A stretch of 64,000 nt of DNA, taken from contig LSSI01000089.1 of assembly GCA_001595945.1 (NCBI GenBank), positions 453 through 64,452 of the forward strand, in the 5' to 3' direction. Each line of letters opens with the position of its first letter. Within the stretch, counting starts at the first letter, position 1. The notes under the pieces are model-generated. The model had not been told where the DNA came from. It worked only from the letters and a program-made list of their open reading frames with translations, and ran no database searches. The stretch is from Thermoplasmatales archaeon SM1-50 (GTDB lineage: Archaea; Thermoplasmatota; E2; DHVEG-1). Below are positions 39,413-49,802 of this stretch, piece after piece. The translations under genes and the position numbers were made by a program.

Positions 39413-40528
39413 ATGCCAAAAACAGGAGTTGCGAGTCTTCCATTGCATCCCGGGAGAGCACCTCGATGGTTGTTCACACGTATGGTCGCGCTTTCTAAGG
39501 GGATTGCTGAGGTGCTTGTGTATGAGTATGGGACCGATGAGGTGTTACGACGCTTATCTGATCCTTTCTGGTTTCAGGCGTTTTCCTGTGTCTTGGGTTA
39601 TGACTGGCATTCCTCAGGAACGACCACGGTCACCTGTGGAGCATTAAAAGAAGCACTCAACTCATTAGACCTTGGGATTACGGTGTGTGGGGGTAAGGGG
39701 AAGACGTCTCGGAATACGCTTGCTGAGATTGCCACATCCGGTGAGCAGTATCACCTGTCAAGTGCGATGGTGAAGCGGCTGCAGTATTGCAGTCGTATGG
39801 CAGCAAAAGTGGATAACACCGCGATTCAGGATGGTCACACCTTGTATCATCATGTGTTTCTGTTATCTGCAGATAAGAAATGGGCTGTGATTCAGCAGGG
39901 GATGAATAATGATACGGGGTATGCACGTCGGTACCATTGGCTCTCTGAGGATGTCACAAGTTTCATTTGTGAGCCGCACAATGCGATCGTTGGTGATGAT
40001 CGACAGGAGTATGTGCTAGATATGACTGCGAAATACAGTCGTTCAACCCAGCAGGTGTCTGTGGATCTGGTGAATGATCATCCCTCGCATTTGCAGCAGG
40101 ATTGGGCGAGACTGACCCGCCATGCGGCGCAACACACTTTGGATGAGTGGATGTCTCCCTCCTTGTACAACCAGGTGTATTCGCATCTGGCGATGCCGCG
40201 GACCATCAACTGGCAGAAGATGAAGGCGATCTATGATGTGCATCCTCGGAATTATGAGGAGCTGCTGGCGTTGAAAGGCGTTGGTCCAAACACCGTACGT
40301 GCCTTGGCATTGATCTCAGATCTCATTTATAATGAGACCCCCTCATGGGAGGATCCGGTGCGGTTTAGTTTCACGGTAGGCGGGAAAGATGGTGTTCCTT
40401 ACCCTGTAAATCGGAAAGCAATTGATGAAGCAACAGAAATGATTCGACAGAGTGTTGAACAAGCGAAAATAGGTGAAAAGGAAAAAATATCGGCATTACA
40501 GCGATTAAAAGAGTATCTCCCTCGGTAG
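39413..40528 (+). CDS. DUF763 family protein
   Basis: N-terminal ASLPLHPGRAPRWLFTRMVALSKGIAEVLVYEYGTDEVLRRLSDPFWFQAFSCVLGYDWHSSGTTTV matches the conserved DUF763 N-terminal block. GC-rich. Confidence 0.6.
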   Translation: MPKTGVASLPLHPGRAPRWLFTRMVALSKGIAEVLVYEYGTDEVLRRLSDPFWFQAFSCVLGYDWHSSGTTTVTCGALKEALNSLDLGITVCGGKGKTSRNTLAEIATSGEQYHLSSAMVKRLQYCSRMAAKVDNTAIQDGHTLYHHVFLLSADKKWAVIQQGMNNDTGYARRYHWLSEDVTSFICEPHNAIVGDDRQEYVLDMTAKYSRSTQQVSVDLVNDHPSHLQQDWARLTRHAAQHTLDEWMSPSLYNQVYSHLAMPRTINWQKMKAIYDVHPRNYEELLALKGVGPNTVRALALISDLIYNETPSWEDPVRFSFTVGGKDGVPYPVNRKAIDEATEMIRQSVEQAKIGEKEKISALQRLKEYLPR

Positions 40529-40669
40529 TCAAATATATTATCCTATGATTTTAAAGAAAAATGCAAATTATGAACAATTTGCTTATGATGATACTTCTTG
40601 CCACTCGTTGGATAGTTTTATAAGACCCTGGATGTATCTAATTATAGAATTGTTATAGGGGGATATACC

Positions 40670-42694
40670 ATGAAAAACAAATGGATTTGTCTGCTAGCAT
40701 GTATTTTATTATGTATGATGAGTTATGCAAATGTCACTGCAAACCAGTCAAACAACCTGAAAAGAACATTAATTCTAGATGATTCGGAAAGATTAAATCA
40801 TGTTCTTTTAAAAAGTGATGATGCACAGGAGATTGCTTCTGCTTTTATACGACAAGGATTCGATGTATTAGATAATACTATTACTGATGACGCATTTGAG
40901 TTGATTATCAGTCCTGATGAATTAAAGGAACTGCAAACGCAAGGATTTCACATCGAAATACTTACTCAGGGGAGACCTTTTTGTGAAATTCAAGCTGAAC
41001 AAATGCAAAGTATGGCACCTTTAGTTCCCGCAGGATACCTTGATTATCCTGAGATTATCAACGAACTGTACAATTATGAAAATCAGTATCCCGCGATTTG
41101 TAAAGTCTATGATCTCACAACATGGTACAATATTTCAGCGACGTATGAAGGGAGACATTTGTATGCGTTAAAAATCTCAGATAACGTGAACCAGGATGAA
41201 GATGAACCAAATTTTTTAATGGTAGGTGCTCATCATGCACGGGAAATTGTGACACCTGTTCTCTGTAACTATTCAATCATGAAATTCACGACTCAATATG
41301 GAACAGACCCCGCTGTCACTACTGCAGTCAATTCTTATGAGATCTGGATTGCTCCAGTCTGGAACCCAGATGGGTATACATATATGTATAATTTCAACAA
41401 TATGTGGAGAAAAAACCGTTTTCCGCCTGATGGTGTGGATCTGAATCGGAATTATCCATTTGGCTGGTATTCCTCAGGTTCTGGAAGCACAGACCCATAT
41501 TCTGAAACGTATAAGGGTGCCAGTCCGGCTTCCGAAGCAGAAACACAAACCATGCTGGTATTTAGTAACGATCGATATTTTGCAAAAGTGCTTGATTATC
41601 ATTCCTCTGGTCGTGAGGTTTTATATGGATATCTCTCCCTTGTTCATCCTTTTACAAGCTTCCTTCAGTCAGAGGCAGTTCGTCTTTCCTATGCCGTCGG
41701 GTATGGTGGCGCGAATCGTCTTGCGAGTGCAGATGGTGAACATTATCAATGGCAACTTGCTTATAATGGTTCATATTCTAATCTTATTGAGACCCATACC
41801 ACGTTTCAACCAACTTACGCAAGTGCTCTCTCTGAAGCAGTATTGGTCTGGCCTGGGACCTTATGGTTGCTGCAACGACCAATCACTATTAGCGGCCATG
41901 TGAAAGATTCCTATAATGGTGCACCACTAGTTGCTACAATAACGCTTAAAGGAATCACATTTCCAAATGGAGAACATTACATGAGTGAACCACGGTTTGG
42001 GAGATACCATTTGTTTCTCCCTCCGGGGACCTATACCGTGAATTTCTCTGTGGAAGGATATCATCCCCAAGAGCATCAGATGACCGTTGACTTATCTAGT
42101 GCTGAAATCCTAGACGTCGCACTTCATCGGTTTAATGAGCCCCCCTCTACTCCAACGATTACTGGTGAGACGAAATGCTTTGTTGGCGGGATATATGATT
42201 ATGTGTTTTCCTCGTATGATCCTAATGACAATACTATAGAATATTTTGTGGACTGGGGCGATGGAACGAATACATCTTGGATTGGTCCCTTTGAAAGCGG
42301 ACAAGAGGTAAACGTCTCTCACCAATGGTATAGGACAGGTGACTATCAAATCAAGGTGAAAGCAAAAGATGTATATCATGAGGAGAGCAACTGGTCAGCA
42401 CCCTTGGCCGTGCAGGTTATCTCCCTTAAACGATCCTATATCTTTGGGTCTATAACGGAGAAGAATCAGACAGAGGAATTTGTTTCAGTGAAAGCTAAAA
42501 ATTTATTGGTCATTATTTCTTCAACTGTAAATCTCTACCGTTCTGGTGAAACTATTTTGATTTCGAAAGGCTATAAGCTTGGATTTATTGGCAATAGATT
42601 TGTCGTTGGTATATTCACAACAGCGATCTTCTCAGACTCTCCGTCATTGGTTCATCCTCTTTCTCACCGCCTCAGATTGTTACGACATTCTTGA
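40670..42694 (+). CDS. Secreted M14 zinc carboxypeptidase with carboxypeptidase-regulatory-like domain and C-terminal PKD-like module
   Basis: Signal peptide. HHAREIVTP, WNPDGYTY, GVDLNRNYPFGW and DYHSSG M14 motifs. C-terminal YFVDWGDGTNTSWIGPFESG...VKAKDVYHEESNWS module. Confidence 0.85.
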   Translation: MKNKWICLLACILLCMMSYANVTANQSNNLKRTLILDDSERLNHVLLKSDDAQEIASAFIRQGFDVLDNTITDDAFELIISPDELKELQTQGFHIEILTQGRPFCEIQAEQMQSMAPLVPAGYLDYPEIINELYNYENQYPAICKVYDLTTWYNISATYEGRHLYALKISDNVNQDEDEPNFLMVGAHHAREIVTPVLCNYSIMKFTTQYGTDPAVTTAVNSYEIWIAPVWNPDGYTYMYNFNNMWRKNRFPPDGVDLNRNYPFGWYSSGSGSTDPYSETYKGASPASEAETQTMLVFSNDRYFAKVLDYHSSGREVLYGYLSLVHPFTSFLQSEAVRLSYAVGYGGANRLASADGEHYQWQLAYNGSYSNLIETHTTFQPTYASALSEAVLVWPGTLWLLQRPITISGHVKDSYNGAPLVATITLKGITFPNGEHYMSEPRFGRYHLFLPPGTYTVNFSVEGYHPQEHQMTVDLSSAEILDVALHRFNEPPSTPTITGETKCFVGGIYDYVFSSYDPNDNTIEYFVDWGDGTNTSWIGPFESGQEVNVSHQWYRTGDYQIKVKAKDVYHEESNWSAPLAVQVISLKRSYIFGSITEKNQTEEFVSVKAKNLLVIISSTVNLYRSGETILISKGYKLGFIGNRFVVGIFTTAIFSDSPSLVHPLSHRLRLLRHS

Positions 42695-42785
42695 TGATAC
42701 GAAGTCTATTTATATACGGAAATTCTATTTATTTGTATAAGGGGGAACCTGTATTTCAACAAAGAGTGTTTCAGCTATAAAAATA

Positions 42786-45617
42786 ATGCTTGTCATATGC
42801 ATATGGTGTTCTCTTGTTCTTCCAGAGGTGTACGGAGCACCTTATCTATCGCAAATATGTACCTCTGATAAACAAATAGTCTCAAAGATATCCACAGAAA
42901 TCGACATCCCACCAGAATCTGATTTCTACATAAGATTCGAAGCAAACAACCTGACGTTACAACCGCAGGTACTCGAGCCAGCAACTTACGGATTATCCGA
43001 GACCGTCATCGCAGCGATCGTGAAATCACCGCGATGGATCCAATCACGACTCACCAGCCAGTTCCTTACCCTTGACAACCCGGAAAGCTACGCTGCTATT
43101 TTGATAAATGCTAGTATTCAATATGCTGATGAGATCGCATTTTCCATCGCATGCTGCCCTGCTGGGAGAGTTCCTCCTGCTGTGCTTCTCAAAGAAAACG
43201 TTGAAGCGTTGTATGACCATGATCAATGGATAAATTATGCTGACATTATAGACTACGATGGGGGAGCCGGTGATTATTTCTCAACGATACGATACAGATT
43301 TCTTGAGAATGGTACTGAGCAACACCTTGAACTTCCCTCTGGAATCTATTACTGGTATGTGGTGCATCCCAGTATAACCAACGAAGAAATCGATGCGGTC
43401 TACGGACCATTGTGGCGTAACTATCTTTTTGAACATAATGACCTTGGGTATCCCTTACTCAAAGAGAAACTCTCCACGATCCAGTATCTCTGGGACTGCG
43501 AATCCTATTATCAACCGGCGGGTCGTTTATGGAGCGTCTGTATAGATCAGCATCCGACGGCGATTGAGGCGATCAGCTATTGGATCGGTAAAACAGTCCC
43601 ATACCCTGCATTTGGCGACAGACCTGCACAAGCCAACGTCATCGCCCATGAGCACAACGGCTGGTGCGGGGAACTGCAGAAGATAGCAATCGCTGCGCAA
43701 CGCGCAGCGCTTGTCCCATCCATTTCTGCAAGTAACGTAGGGGAGGATCATGTCTGGCGAGAGTTCTATGAACGTGGCTGGCATGAGAACGACAACTGGT
43801 GGAGCGATACAGGTGGGGCGGTTGACCAACCTGATGTATACGCTTATGGATGGGGTAAGAACATGTCGGCGATCTATCAATGGCGTGGTGATGGTACTAT
43901 TATTCATGACACCGCACGCTATATCCATGAGGAAGATCGCATCACCGTTGATTTCAGAGTCATTGACCTGTTCAGACAACCTATTGATGGCGCACGGGTG
44001 GTTGTCTTGGTGAAAGGGTTGAAGGATATAACGTATTATAAGAACCTCATCTGGGAGAAAATCCAAAGCATATGGGACAGACTCCCTGAATTCCTCAAAG
44101 GAAGATTCCTCACAGCTCTTTTTGGTAGGGTCGAGGAGCGGCTGCATCAAGTCCCCGATGTCATCAACGGGGTTACAATCACAACCTGGAACTATACCAA
44201 TTCGAATGGATGGTGTAGTTTTGAGCTTGGGAAGAACCTTGATTATGTTTTTTTGATCCAGGAAGGGAACCTGAAAAAGCCCTGGCAACTCGCACGACAT
44301 AACACCCTGCGGAGACTGAAGACTGGAGTCGATAAACAATTTATGATCGTCCTACTTGACGTCTCCCATAAACCTCAACAAATAACCAAGGAGGTTTTAC
44401 CTTCAGGTGATTGTCAATTTCAGCTTCATATGTCATGTGAGGGATACCAACTGCAGAGGCATTTCATCAACGAGGGGATCGGCAGACATGAGTCCACTGT
44501 GTTTCTGGAGTGTTTTTTTGTTGACCCGGAGAACTTCAAGCGCTACAAGCAAGGGGAATCGTTTGTCTGTTGTAATTATCTGGATGTGCAATATGCGACG
44601 TTCACCGGTTTAACCATTCCTCAAGATTGGTATGTGATCTTCCGGAATAATAATCGTCAAACCCATGTCATACTTAATGTTTCTGTGGATGTCTCTATTC
44701 AGACCAACGCTGACCATGTGCAGATCGTCACCCCGGATACTGTTCTTTTCGAGACACCCATTGTTAATGTTGGCGATACGGTTTTGCTCTCTGGAGTCGC
44801 CTCAACAGAACTGGTGTTTCTCTCCTTTGATGAGAGCCCTGCAGTGATCGAATGCCCCGTGGTGGACGGGGAATGGGTATACGAATGGGGTACTTCCGGA
44901 GAATCTCTTGGCACTCATGTGATTATGGCTGCGACACCAGGAGACATCACCGATGAACGAACCATCCTTTTGATTGATGCACTCCCACCTGTGCTTGCTG
45001 TTGAAACTCCTGCTGAAGGTGCTATTCTTGAACAAGATATTCTGTCAGTCTCGGGGTATAGCTCTGATAATCGTGGCGTTGACCGTGTCGAGGTTTCCTT
45101 GGATAACAATACGAAGACAGCTGTTGGGACGACCACCTGGAATCTCTCTTGGGATCTTAGTGATTATCCGCTTGGTGATTACGTTCTCTCTGTAAAAGCA
45201 GTCGATGACCAAGGTCTGGTTTGCCTTCAAACACGGCCGTTTGTTCTTAACGAAAGCGGTCATACCTGGGGCCCGCAGTTTCATAGCATTTTTTATAATT
45301 CTACGAATCTCACGAACACCAGTAACGTGATAATCTTTGCAAACGTGACATCGACAAGTCCCTTTTCCATTCGCAGCATCATTCTTTACTGTTATGATGG
45401 GACCGATACGATATCCTATGAAATGTATCGTTATGGTGAATTCCCGGTGCAAAACCGTCATGAGGAAGACCCCTTATTTAATCAATCAAATGCACCTGTT
45501 TTTGGTGTTGAACTTGGCCAATTTCCCTCTGGTCAGACTATTGAGTTCTGGATTATCGCGACTGATACTGCCGGTAATAAAATACAATCGGAGGGTGACT
45601 CATTCACCATCCCGTAG
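42786..45617 (+). CDS. Large secreted transglutaminase-like (Cys-His-Asp) protein with C-terminal Ig-like domains
   Basis: Signal peptide. Core GWCGELQKIAIAAQRAALVPS...DHVWREFYERGWHENDNW. The C-terminal Ig-like domain resembles the one in 2217..3527. GC-rich relative to the background. Confidence 0.5.
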   Translation: MLVICIWCSLVLPEVYGAPYLSQICTSDKQIVSKISTEIDIPPESDFYIRFEANNLTLQPQVLEPATYGLSETVIAAIVKSPRWIQSRLTSQFLTLDNPESYAAILINASIQYADEIAFSIACCPAGRVPPAVLLKENVEALYDHDQWINYADIIDYDGGAGDYFSTIRYRFLENGTEQHLELPSGIYYWYVVHPSITNEEIDAVYGPLWRNYLFEHNDLGYPLLKEKLSTIQYLWDCESYYQPAGRLWSVCIDQHPTAIEAISYWIGKTVPYPAFGDRPAQANVIAHEHNGWCGELQKIAIAAQRAALVPSISASNVGEDHVWREFYERGWHENDNWWSDTGGAVDQPDVYAYGWGKNMSAIYQWRGDGTIIHDTARYIHEEDRITVDFRVIDLFRQPIDGARVVVLVKGLKDITYYKNLIWEKIQSIWDRLPEFLKGRFLTALFGRVEERLHQVPDVINGVTITTWNYTNSNGWCSFELGKNLDYVFLIQEGNLKKPWQLARHNTLRRLKTGVDKQFMIVLLDVSHKPQQITKEVLPSGDCQFQLHMSCEGYQLQRHFINEGIGRHESTVFLECFFVDPENFKRYKQGESFVCCNYLDVQYATFTGLTIPQDWYVIFRNNNRQTHVILNVSVDVSIQTNADHVQIVTPDTVLFETPIVNVGDTVLLSGVASTELVFLSFDESPAVIECPVVDGEWVYEWGTSGESLGTHVIMAATPGDITDERTILLIDALPPVLAVETPAEGAILEQDILSVSGYSSDNRGVDRVEVSLDNNTKTAVGTTTWNLSWDLSDYPLGDYVLSVKAVDDQGLVCLQTRPFVLNESGHTWGPQFHSIFYNSTNLTNTSNVIIFANVTSTSPFSIRSIILYCYDGTDTISYEMYRYGEFPVQNRHEEDPLFNQSNAPVFGVELGQFPSGQTIEFWIIATDTAGNKIQSEGDSFTIP

Positions 45618-45698
45618 AACCTGGAACAGATGCTTTTAAAAACTTTTAAAAGAGGATGTGACATCCCAGATACTACTAATTGTTGTGGGGAAACAGTC

Positions 45699-46355
45699 AT
45701 GAGTCCGATAAATAAACCAAGGAAGCGTGTGGATAATCCACCTCAGAAACTACAAAAATCATCGAGAAAATGGATCTATCTTGCGCTTGTTCTTATTGTT
45801 GTTGTGATTGCTGTTGTTGCATTTGCATTACTTCAGAATTTATCGTTAATTTCCAATAGCGATGAAACGCCAAAGGAAAATCCAGTAGCCGTCTTTGAAA
45901 CAAGCCTTGGAACCTTTAAAGTAGAGTTATTTGAAGATAAAATGCCGATAACAGTCAATAATTTTGTGACACTTGTAAATGATGGATTTTATAATGGCAT
46001 GATTTTTTATAGAATCAGCGATGATTTTATGATACAAGCAGGACGCTATTTCCCTGATGGAACAGAACAATTTAGTCCTTACGGAAATATTCAATTCGAA
46101 ACAAGTGATGTAAAACATGTCGACGGTTCAATTTCGATGGCGAGTACTGACCCACAAGTAGGGGGAAGTGCAGAATTTTTTATCTGTGACGGCGCCCAAC
46201 ATTTTCTTGATGGTAACTATGCGGCATTTGGTGTCACAATTGAAGGTATTGAAGTTGTGAGAGATATTGCAAGTCAACCCCAGGATAATTCCAATCCCGC
46301 TGGTGGTGGTAAACCATATACAGATATTGTTATTAATTTAATTACAATTGAGTAA
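45699..46355 (+). CDS. Membrane-anchored/exported cyclophilin-type peptidyl-prolyl isomerase
   Basis: N-terminal TM segment (WIYLALVLIVVVIAVVAFALL), then a cyclophilin domain (FKVELFEDKMPITVNNFVTLVNDGFYNGMIFYRI...). Start is placed at the ATG behind a GGGG RBS; the ORF track begins at 45630. Confidence 0.8.
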   Translation: MSPINKPRKRVDNPPQKLQKSSRKWIYLALVLIVVVIAVVAFALLQNLSLISNSDETPKENPVAVFETSLGTFKVELFEDKMPITVNNFVTLVNDGFYNGMIFYRISDDFMIQAGRYFPDGTEQFSPYGNIQFETSDVKHVDGSISMASTDPQVGGSAEFFICDGAQHFLDGNYAAFGVTIEGIEVVRDIASQPQDNSNPAGGGKPYTDIVINLITIE

Positions 46356-46370
46356 AGAAGAGGAATATCA

Positions 46371-46856
46371 ATGGCAAATCGGAAAGCGTTATTTGATACA
46401 AATAAAGGCAAGTTTATCATAGAGCTTTATGAGGATAAAGCACCAATCACAACTCACAACTTCGTTGACCTTGTAAACAAAGGTTTCTATAATGGATTGA
46501 TTTTCCATCGGGTGATTCCTCAGTTCATGGTCCAGGGGGGGTGTCCGAAGGGAAATGGCACGGGTGGTCCAGGCTATACGATTAAGGATGAATTTCATAA
46601 GGATCTTAGTAACGTGCGAGGCACGATTGCGATGGCGAACCGTGGTCCAAACACGGGTGGGAGCCAGTGGTTCATCAATGTGATTGATAACTGTTATCTG
46701 GATTTTGATAAAAAGCCATACTCTAGTGCACATCCTGTGTTCGGGAAGGTGGTCGAAGGGATGGATGTTGTGGATTGTATTTCGAGTGTAAAGACTAATG
46801 CCAACGACAAGCCACTTCAGAATGTGATGATTAATAAGGTGGCCATCACAGGATAA
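46371..46856 (+). CDS. Cytoplasmic cyclophilin-type peptidyl-prolyl isomerase
   Basis: FHRVIPQFMVQGGCPKGNGTGGPGY and GTIAMANRGPNTGGSQWFI cyclophilin signatures. Confidence 0.9.
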   Translation: MANRKALFDTNKGKFIIELYEDKAPITTHNFVDLVNKGFYNGLIFHRVIPQFMVQGGCPKGNGTGGPGYTIKDEFHKDLSNVRGTIAMANRGPNTGGSQWFINVIDNCYLDFDKKPYSSAHPVFGKVVEGMDVVDCISSVKTNANDKPLQNVMINKVAITG

Positions 46857-46862
46857 TCTCGT

Positions 46863-47351
46863 GTGGTTATTATGACTGTTCTTTCTGATTTGGATATCGA
46901 ACAAGCAATTCAAGAGGGAGAGCTTGGTATCGAACCGTTTGTGCAAAAGAACCTGACCCCTAATGGGTATGATCTTTCGATTGAGGAGATATTTATCAGA
47001 AAAACAGATCAGCATTTCAAGGATGGTGTCGCGGTTATTCCCCCGTTGACTTGGTTTGCTATTAGTACAAAGGAATTTGTAAAAATGGGACCACAGATTA
47101 CCTCTCAGTTATGGATTCGATCTAGCTACGCACGCAAAGGTATCTTGGCAAGTTTTGGGAAGGTTGATGCTGGGTTTCATGGGACGCTTACCTTTGGCTG
47201 TTTTAATGCAAGCGATAAGGAAGTGGAAATACCGATTGGTGATCGTTTTTGTCAGATTGTTTTTGAGTATCTTGGTCATATACCGAAAGCATTGTATCAT
47301 GAGCGATCAGGCACGTATCAGAATCAGCGTGGTGTGACGTTACAAAGATGA
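46863..47351 (+). CDS. dcd: dCTP deaminase (dUTPase superfamily)
   Basis: VLSDLDIEQAIQEGELGIEP...PNGYDLSI...GKVDAGFHGTLTFGCFN matches archaeal Dcd. Confidence 0.75.
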   Translation: MVIMTVLSDLDIEQAIQEGELGIEPFVQKNLTPNGYDLSIEEIFIRKTDQHFKDGVAVIPPLTWFAISTKEFVKMGPQITSQLWIRSSYARKGILASFGKVDAGFHGTLTFGCFNASDKEVEIPIGDRFCQIVFEYLGHIPKALYHERSGTYQNQRGVTLQR

Positions 47352-47439
47352 TTTATTTTTTTCTTCAATATAAAAGATATATATATGTATATATCTTTCT
47401 TAGAGAAAAATGTTAAAGATAAAGAAACAAGACCATAGA

Positions 47440-49626
47440 CTATATGAATTGTAGGAGAAATCGTAATAAGGGAAACGCATCCGGGAACCGATCAAAAAAC
47501 CATCGTAAGAAAATATGAAGCGACATACCATATAAGAACCGTATCTTTACAGAAAGTACCCCCCAATCGCTCTCTGCGCCATGAATATCTTTCGCCTTTA
47601 CTTTGACAGAATACGTTCCTTTTTGATTCCAACTATGAGTTACGGATTGTTGCACACCAGAACCATATGGTCCAAGCCATCCACTCGTCGTATTATCTCC
47701 CCAGTCAACGTAATAGAAGACAGTATCCGCATCAACATCCGTCGTGACAATAGTGAAAATATATTGAATGAAAGGTTTTCCACGAGGCGGGCCATCAATT
47801 TCTGGGGTAATAGGAGGGGCATTGGTGTCATCAATCAACGCCCAAGTGGTATCCGTGATGGTTAATCCAGTTGCGTCGGTGACCGATAGGACGACGGTAT
47901 AATTCCCAATGTTCGCATAACTATGTGTTGGGTTCTGCATAGTTGAAGTATTACCATCACCGAAATCCCAATGAAAGTCATAGGGGGGAGAACCGTTTTC
48001 CGCGGTTCCTGTAAACTGAATAATCTCATGAGGTGTCCCATAATACGGACCATGTGCATCAACATCAAACCCAAGGACGGTGAAATCAGATGCCGATATC
48101 GCTGAGGTGCTTGACTGGGATGTTTTGACGACAACCTTCATTCGACAATTGTCAGATCCCCCCGTATCGATGAGCCATTGATAGCAACCATTGTTCGGGA
48201 TATCAGTCGCAATAGGCTCCCAAGGACCACCAACACCATGACGAGAAATCAGAATATCGACTGTTGATAAACCCTGAGAAAGCGGAACTGCAGAGAGCCA
48301 TCGGATATTTCGAATCGATCCGCTTCTGAATGTTTCTCCCCCATGAGGGGATTGTACCAATGCAGAAAGTTCATTTGGTGCGAGCCATGGGGAGAATGCT
48401 TTTAATTGATTTTGATAAGACGGCCAACTTCCTTGTTCAGCTTGTATAACAACATCCTCTCGACCATCGTGGTCAAAATCACCATCTACAAGAAAAGCTG
48501 AGAAATCACCAGGGGAAGGCATAGAAAACGTCCCATCAAGGACCCAATTCCCATTACCATCACCTAGATACGCATATCCAGTTGGGCCATCATAGCCAAG
48601 GATATCAAGAAATCCATCGCCATTGAGATCACCAAACTGAGGATAATATACACCAGATGTTGGTAAGCCATTTGATACTGAATCCCAGTCGTTATTTTGC
48701 GAATCGTAAATATAACATTGAACACCAGTTGAATCGCTTCCAAGGACAATATCATCCCAACCATCGTTGTTCATATCCCCACAGTCAAGACCGTTCCATA
48801 ATCCTCCAGGAAGACCAGTCTGTGTCATAGAAAAAGAGAAGGTACCATCACCAAAAAAGACATGGGTTGCTTCACGGTTACCTGCAAAATCAGGGAATCC
48901 ATCTGCATTAAAGTCAGCGGTTTCTAGGTTATTATTGTTATTTCCTCCACTTAAAGACCATCTCTGTGCCCAAGTTCCATTACCATGGTTTTCATACAAA
49001 TGATATCCGTTACAGCAGCCAAACGATTGGGAAATAAGATCAAGACGGCCATTGCAATCAAAATCAGCAAGACCACATTCAAACATTCCCCAGTCTTCTC
49101 CGCTAGTTCCAAGCCCCGTCGCCCACGGAATCCAATTCGAACCGGTCCCATCTCCTAATGCAGCACCAAGTAGCGTATCGCCAAATCCAGAGCCCGGGGT
49201 TGCATAGTTATGATGAATACCCCACACCACATCAAGATTTCCATCTGCATTGAGGTCTCCCGCTTCGATACCACCATATCCAAAATTACCGACTTGTTGC
49301 ACAGACCAAGAGCCCTCGCCAGAACCCAACCACACCATGATTCCATGCTGAGGACTATTTATATACGGTGAACCATGGTCACCCACACAGATGACATCTA
49401 AATTTCCGTCATTGTTCATATCAGCAAGTTCTAGCTCGGTATTACCTCCTTCTTTCGCTGGTGTCTCAAGACCTGTTGACTTTTCAATAAAGACAATAGT
49501 TCTATGAAGCGGAGAAGTTACCTTTTGTGGAATGATTTTACTTCCTGTAAATGAAGATACTGTGAAAAAAAACATAAGAGCAATAAGAAAAATTGTAATC
49601 ATTTTTTTCCTTTTTTTATGTTTCAT
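47440..49626 (-). CDS. Secreted FG-GAP/VCBS-repeat beta-propeller protein with PKD domain and C-terminal PKD-like module
   Basis: Start taken at MKHKKRKKMITIFLIALMFFF, a signal peptide. Repeated DxNxDGxxD FG-GAP motifs, a classic PKD domain (DFHWDFGDGN), and C-terminal FYYVDWGDNTTSGWLGPYGSG...VKAKDIHGAESDWG plus hydrophobic tail. Confidence 0.65.
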   Translation of the reverse strand: MKHKKRKKMITIFLIALMFFFTVSSFTGSKIIPQKVTSPLHRTIVFIEKSTGLETPAKEGGNTELELADMNNDGNLDVICVGDHGSPYINSPQHGIMVWLGSGEGSWSVQQVGNFGYGGIEAGDLNADGNLDVVWGIHHNYATPGSGFGDTLLGAALGDGTGSNWIPWATGLGTSGEDWGMFECGLADFDCNGRLDLISQSFGCCNGYHLYENHGNGTWAQRWSLSGGNNNNNLETADFNADGFPDFAGNREATHVFFGDGTFSFSMTQTGLPGGLWNGLDCGDMNNDGWDDIVLGSDSTGVQCYIYDSQNNDWDSVSNGLPTSGVYYPQFGDLNGDGFLDILGYDGPTGYAYLGDGNGNWVLDGTFSMPSPGDFSAFLVDGDFDHDGREDVVIQAEQGSWPSYQNQLKAFSPWLAPNELSALVQSPHGGETFRSGSIRNIRWLSAVPLSQGLSTVDILISRHGVGGPWEPIATDIPNNGCYQWLIDTGGSDNCRMKVVVKTSQSSTSAISASDFTVLGFDVDAHGPYYGTPHEIIQFTGTAENGSPPYDFHWDFGDGNTSTMQNPTHSYANIGNYTVVLSVTDATGLTITDTTWALIDDTNAPPITPEIDGPPRGKPFIQYIFTIVTTDVDADTVFYYVDWGDNTTSGWLGPYGSGVQQSVTHSWNQKGTYSVKVKAKDIHGAESDWGVLSVKIRFLYGMSLHIFLRWFFDRFPDAFPLLRFLLQFI

Positions 49627-49802
49627 AAGTATTCTCATTGATGTTAATATAAAGTTACATAAGTATATAAATTTTGCATGTTTTTCCCTTCTATATAAAA
49701 TAGTGATGTGCAAAATCGAATTTTTTTATTTTTTCTCTATCATGATATGCATGTGTATATGCAGATGAAACACTGGTAATAACGAAAAAAAGAACTCTTT
49801 CA

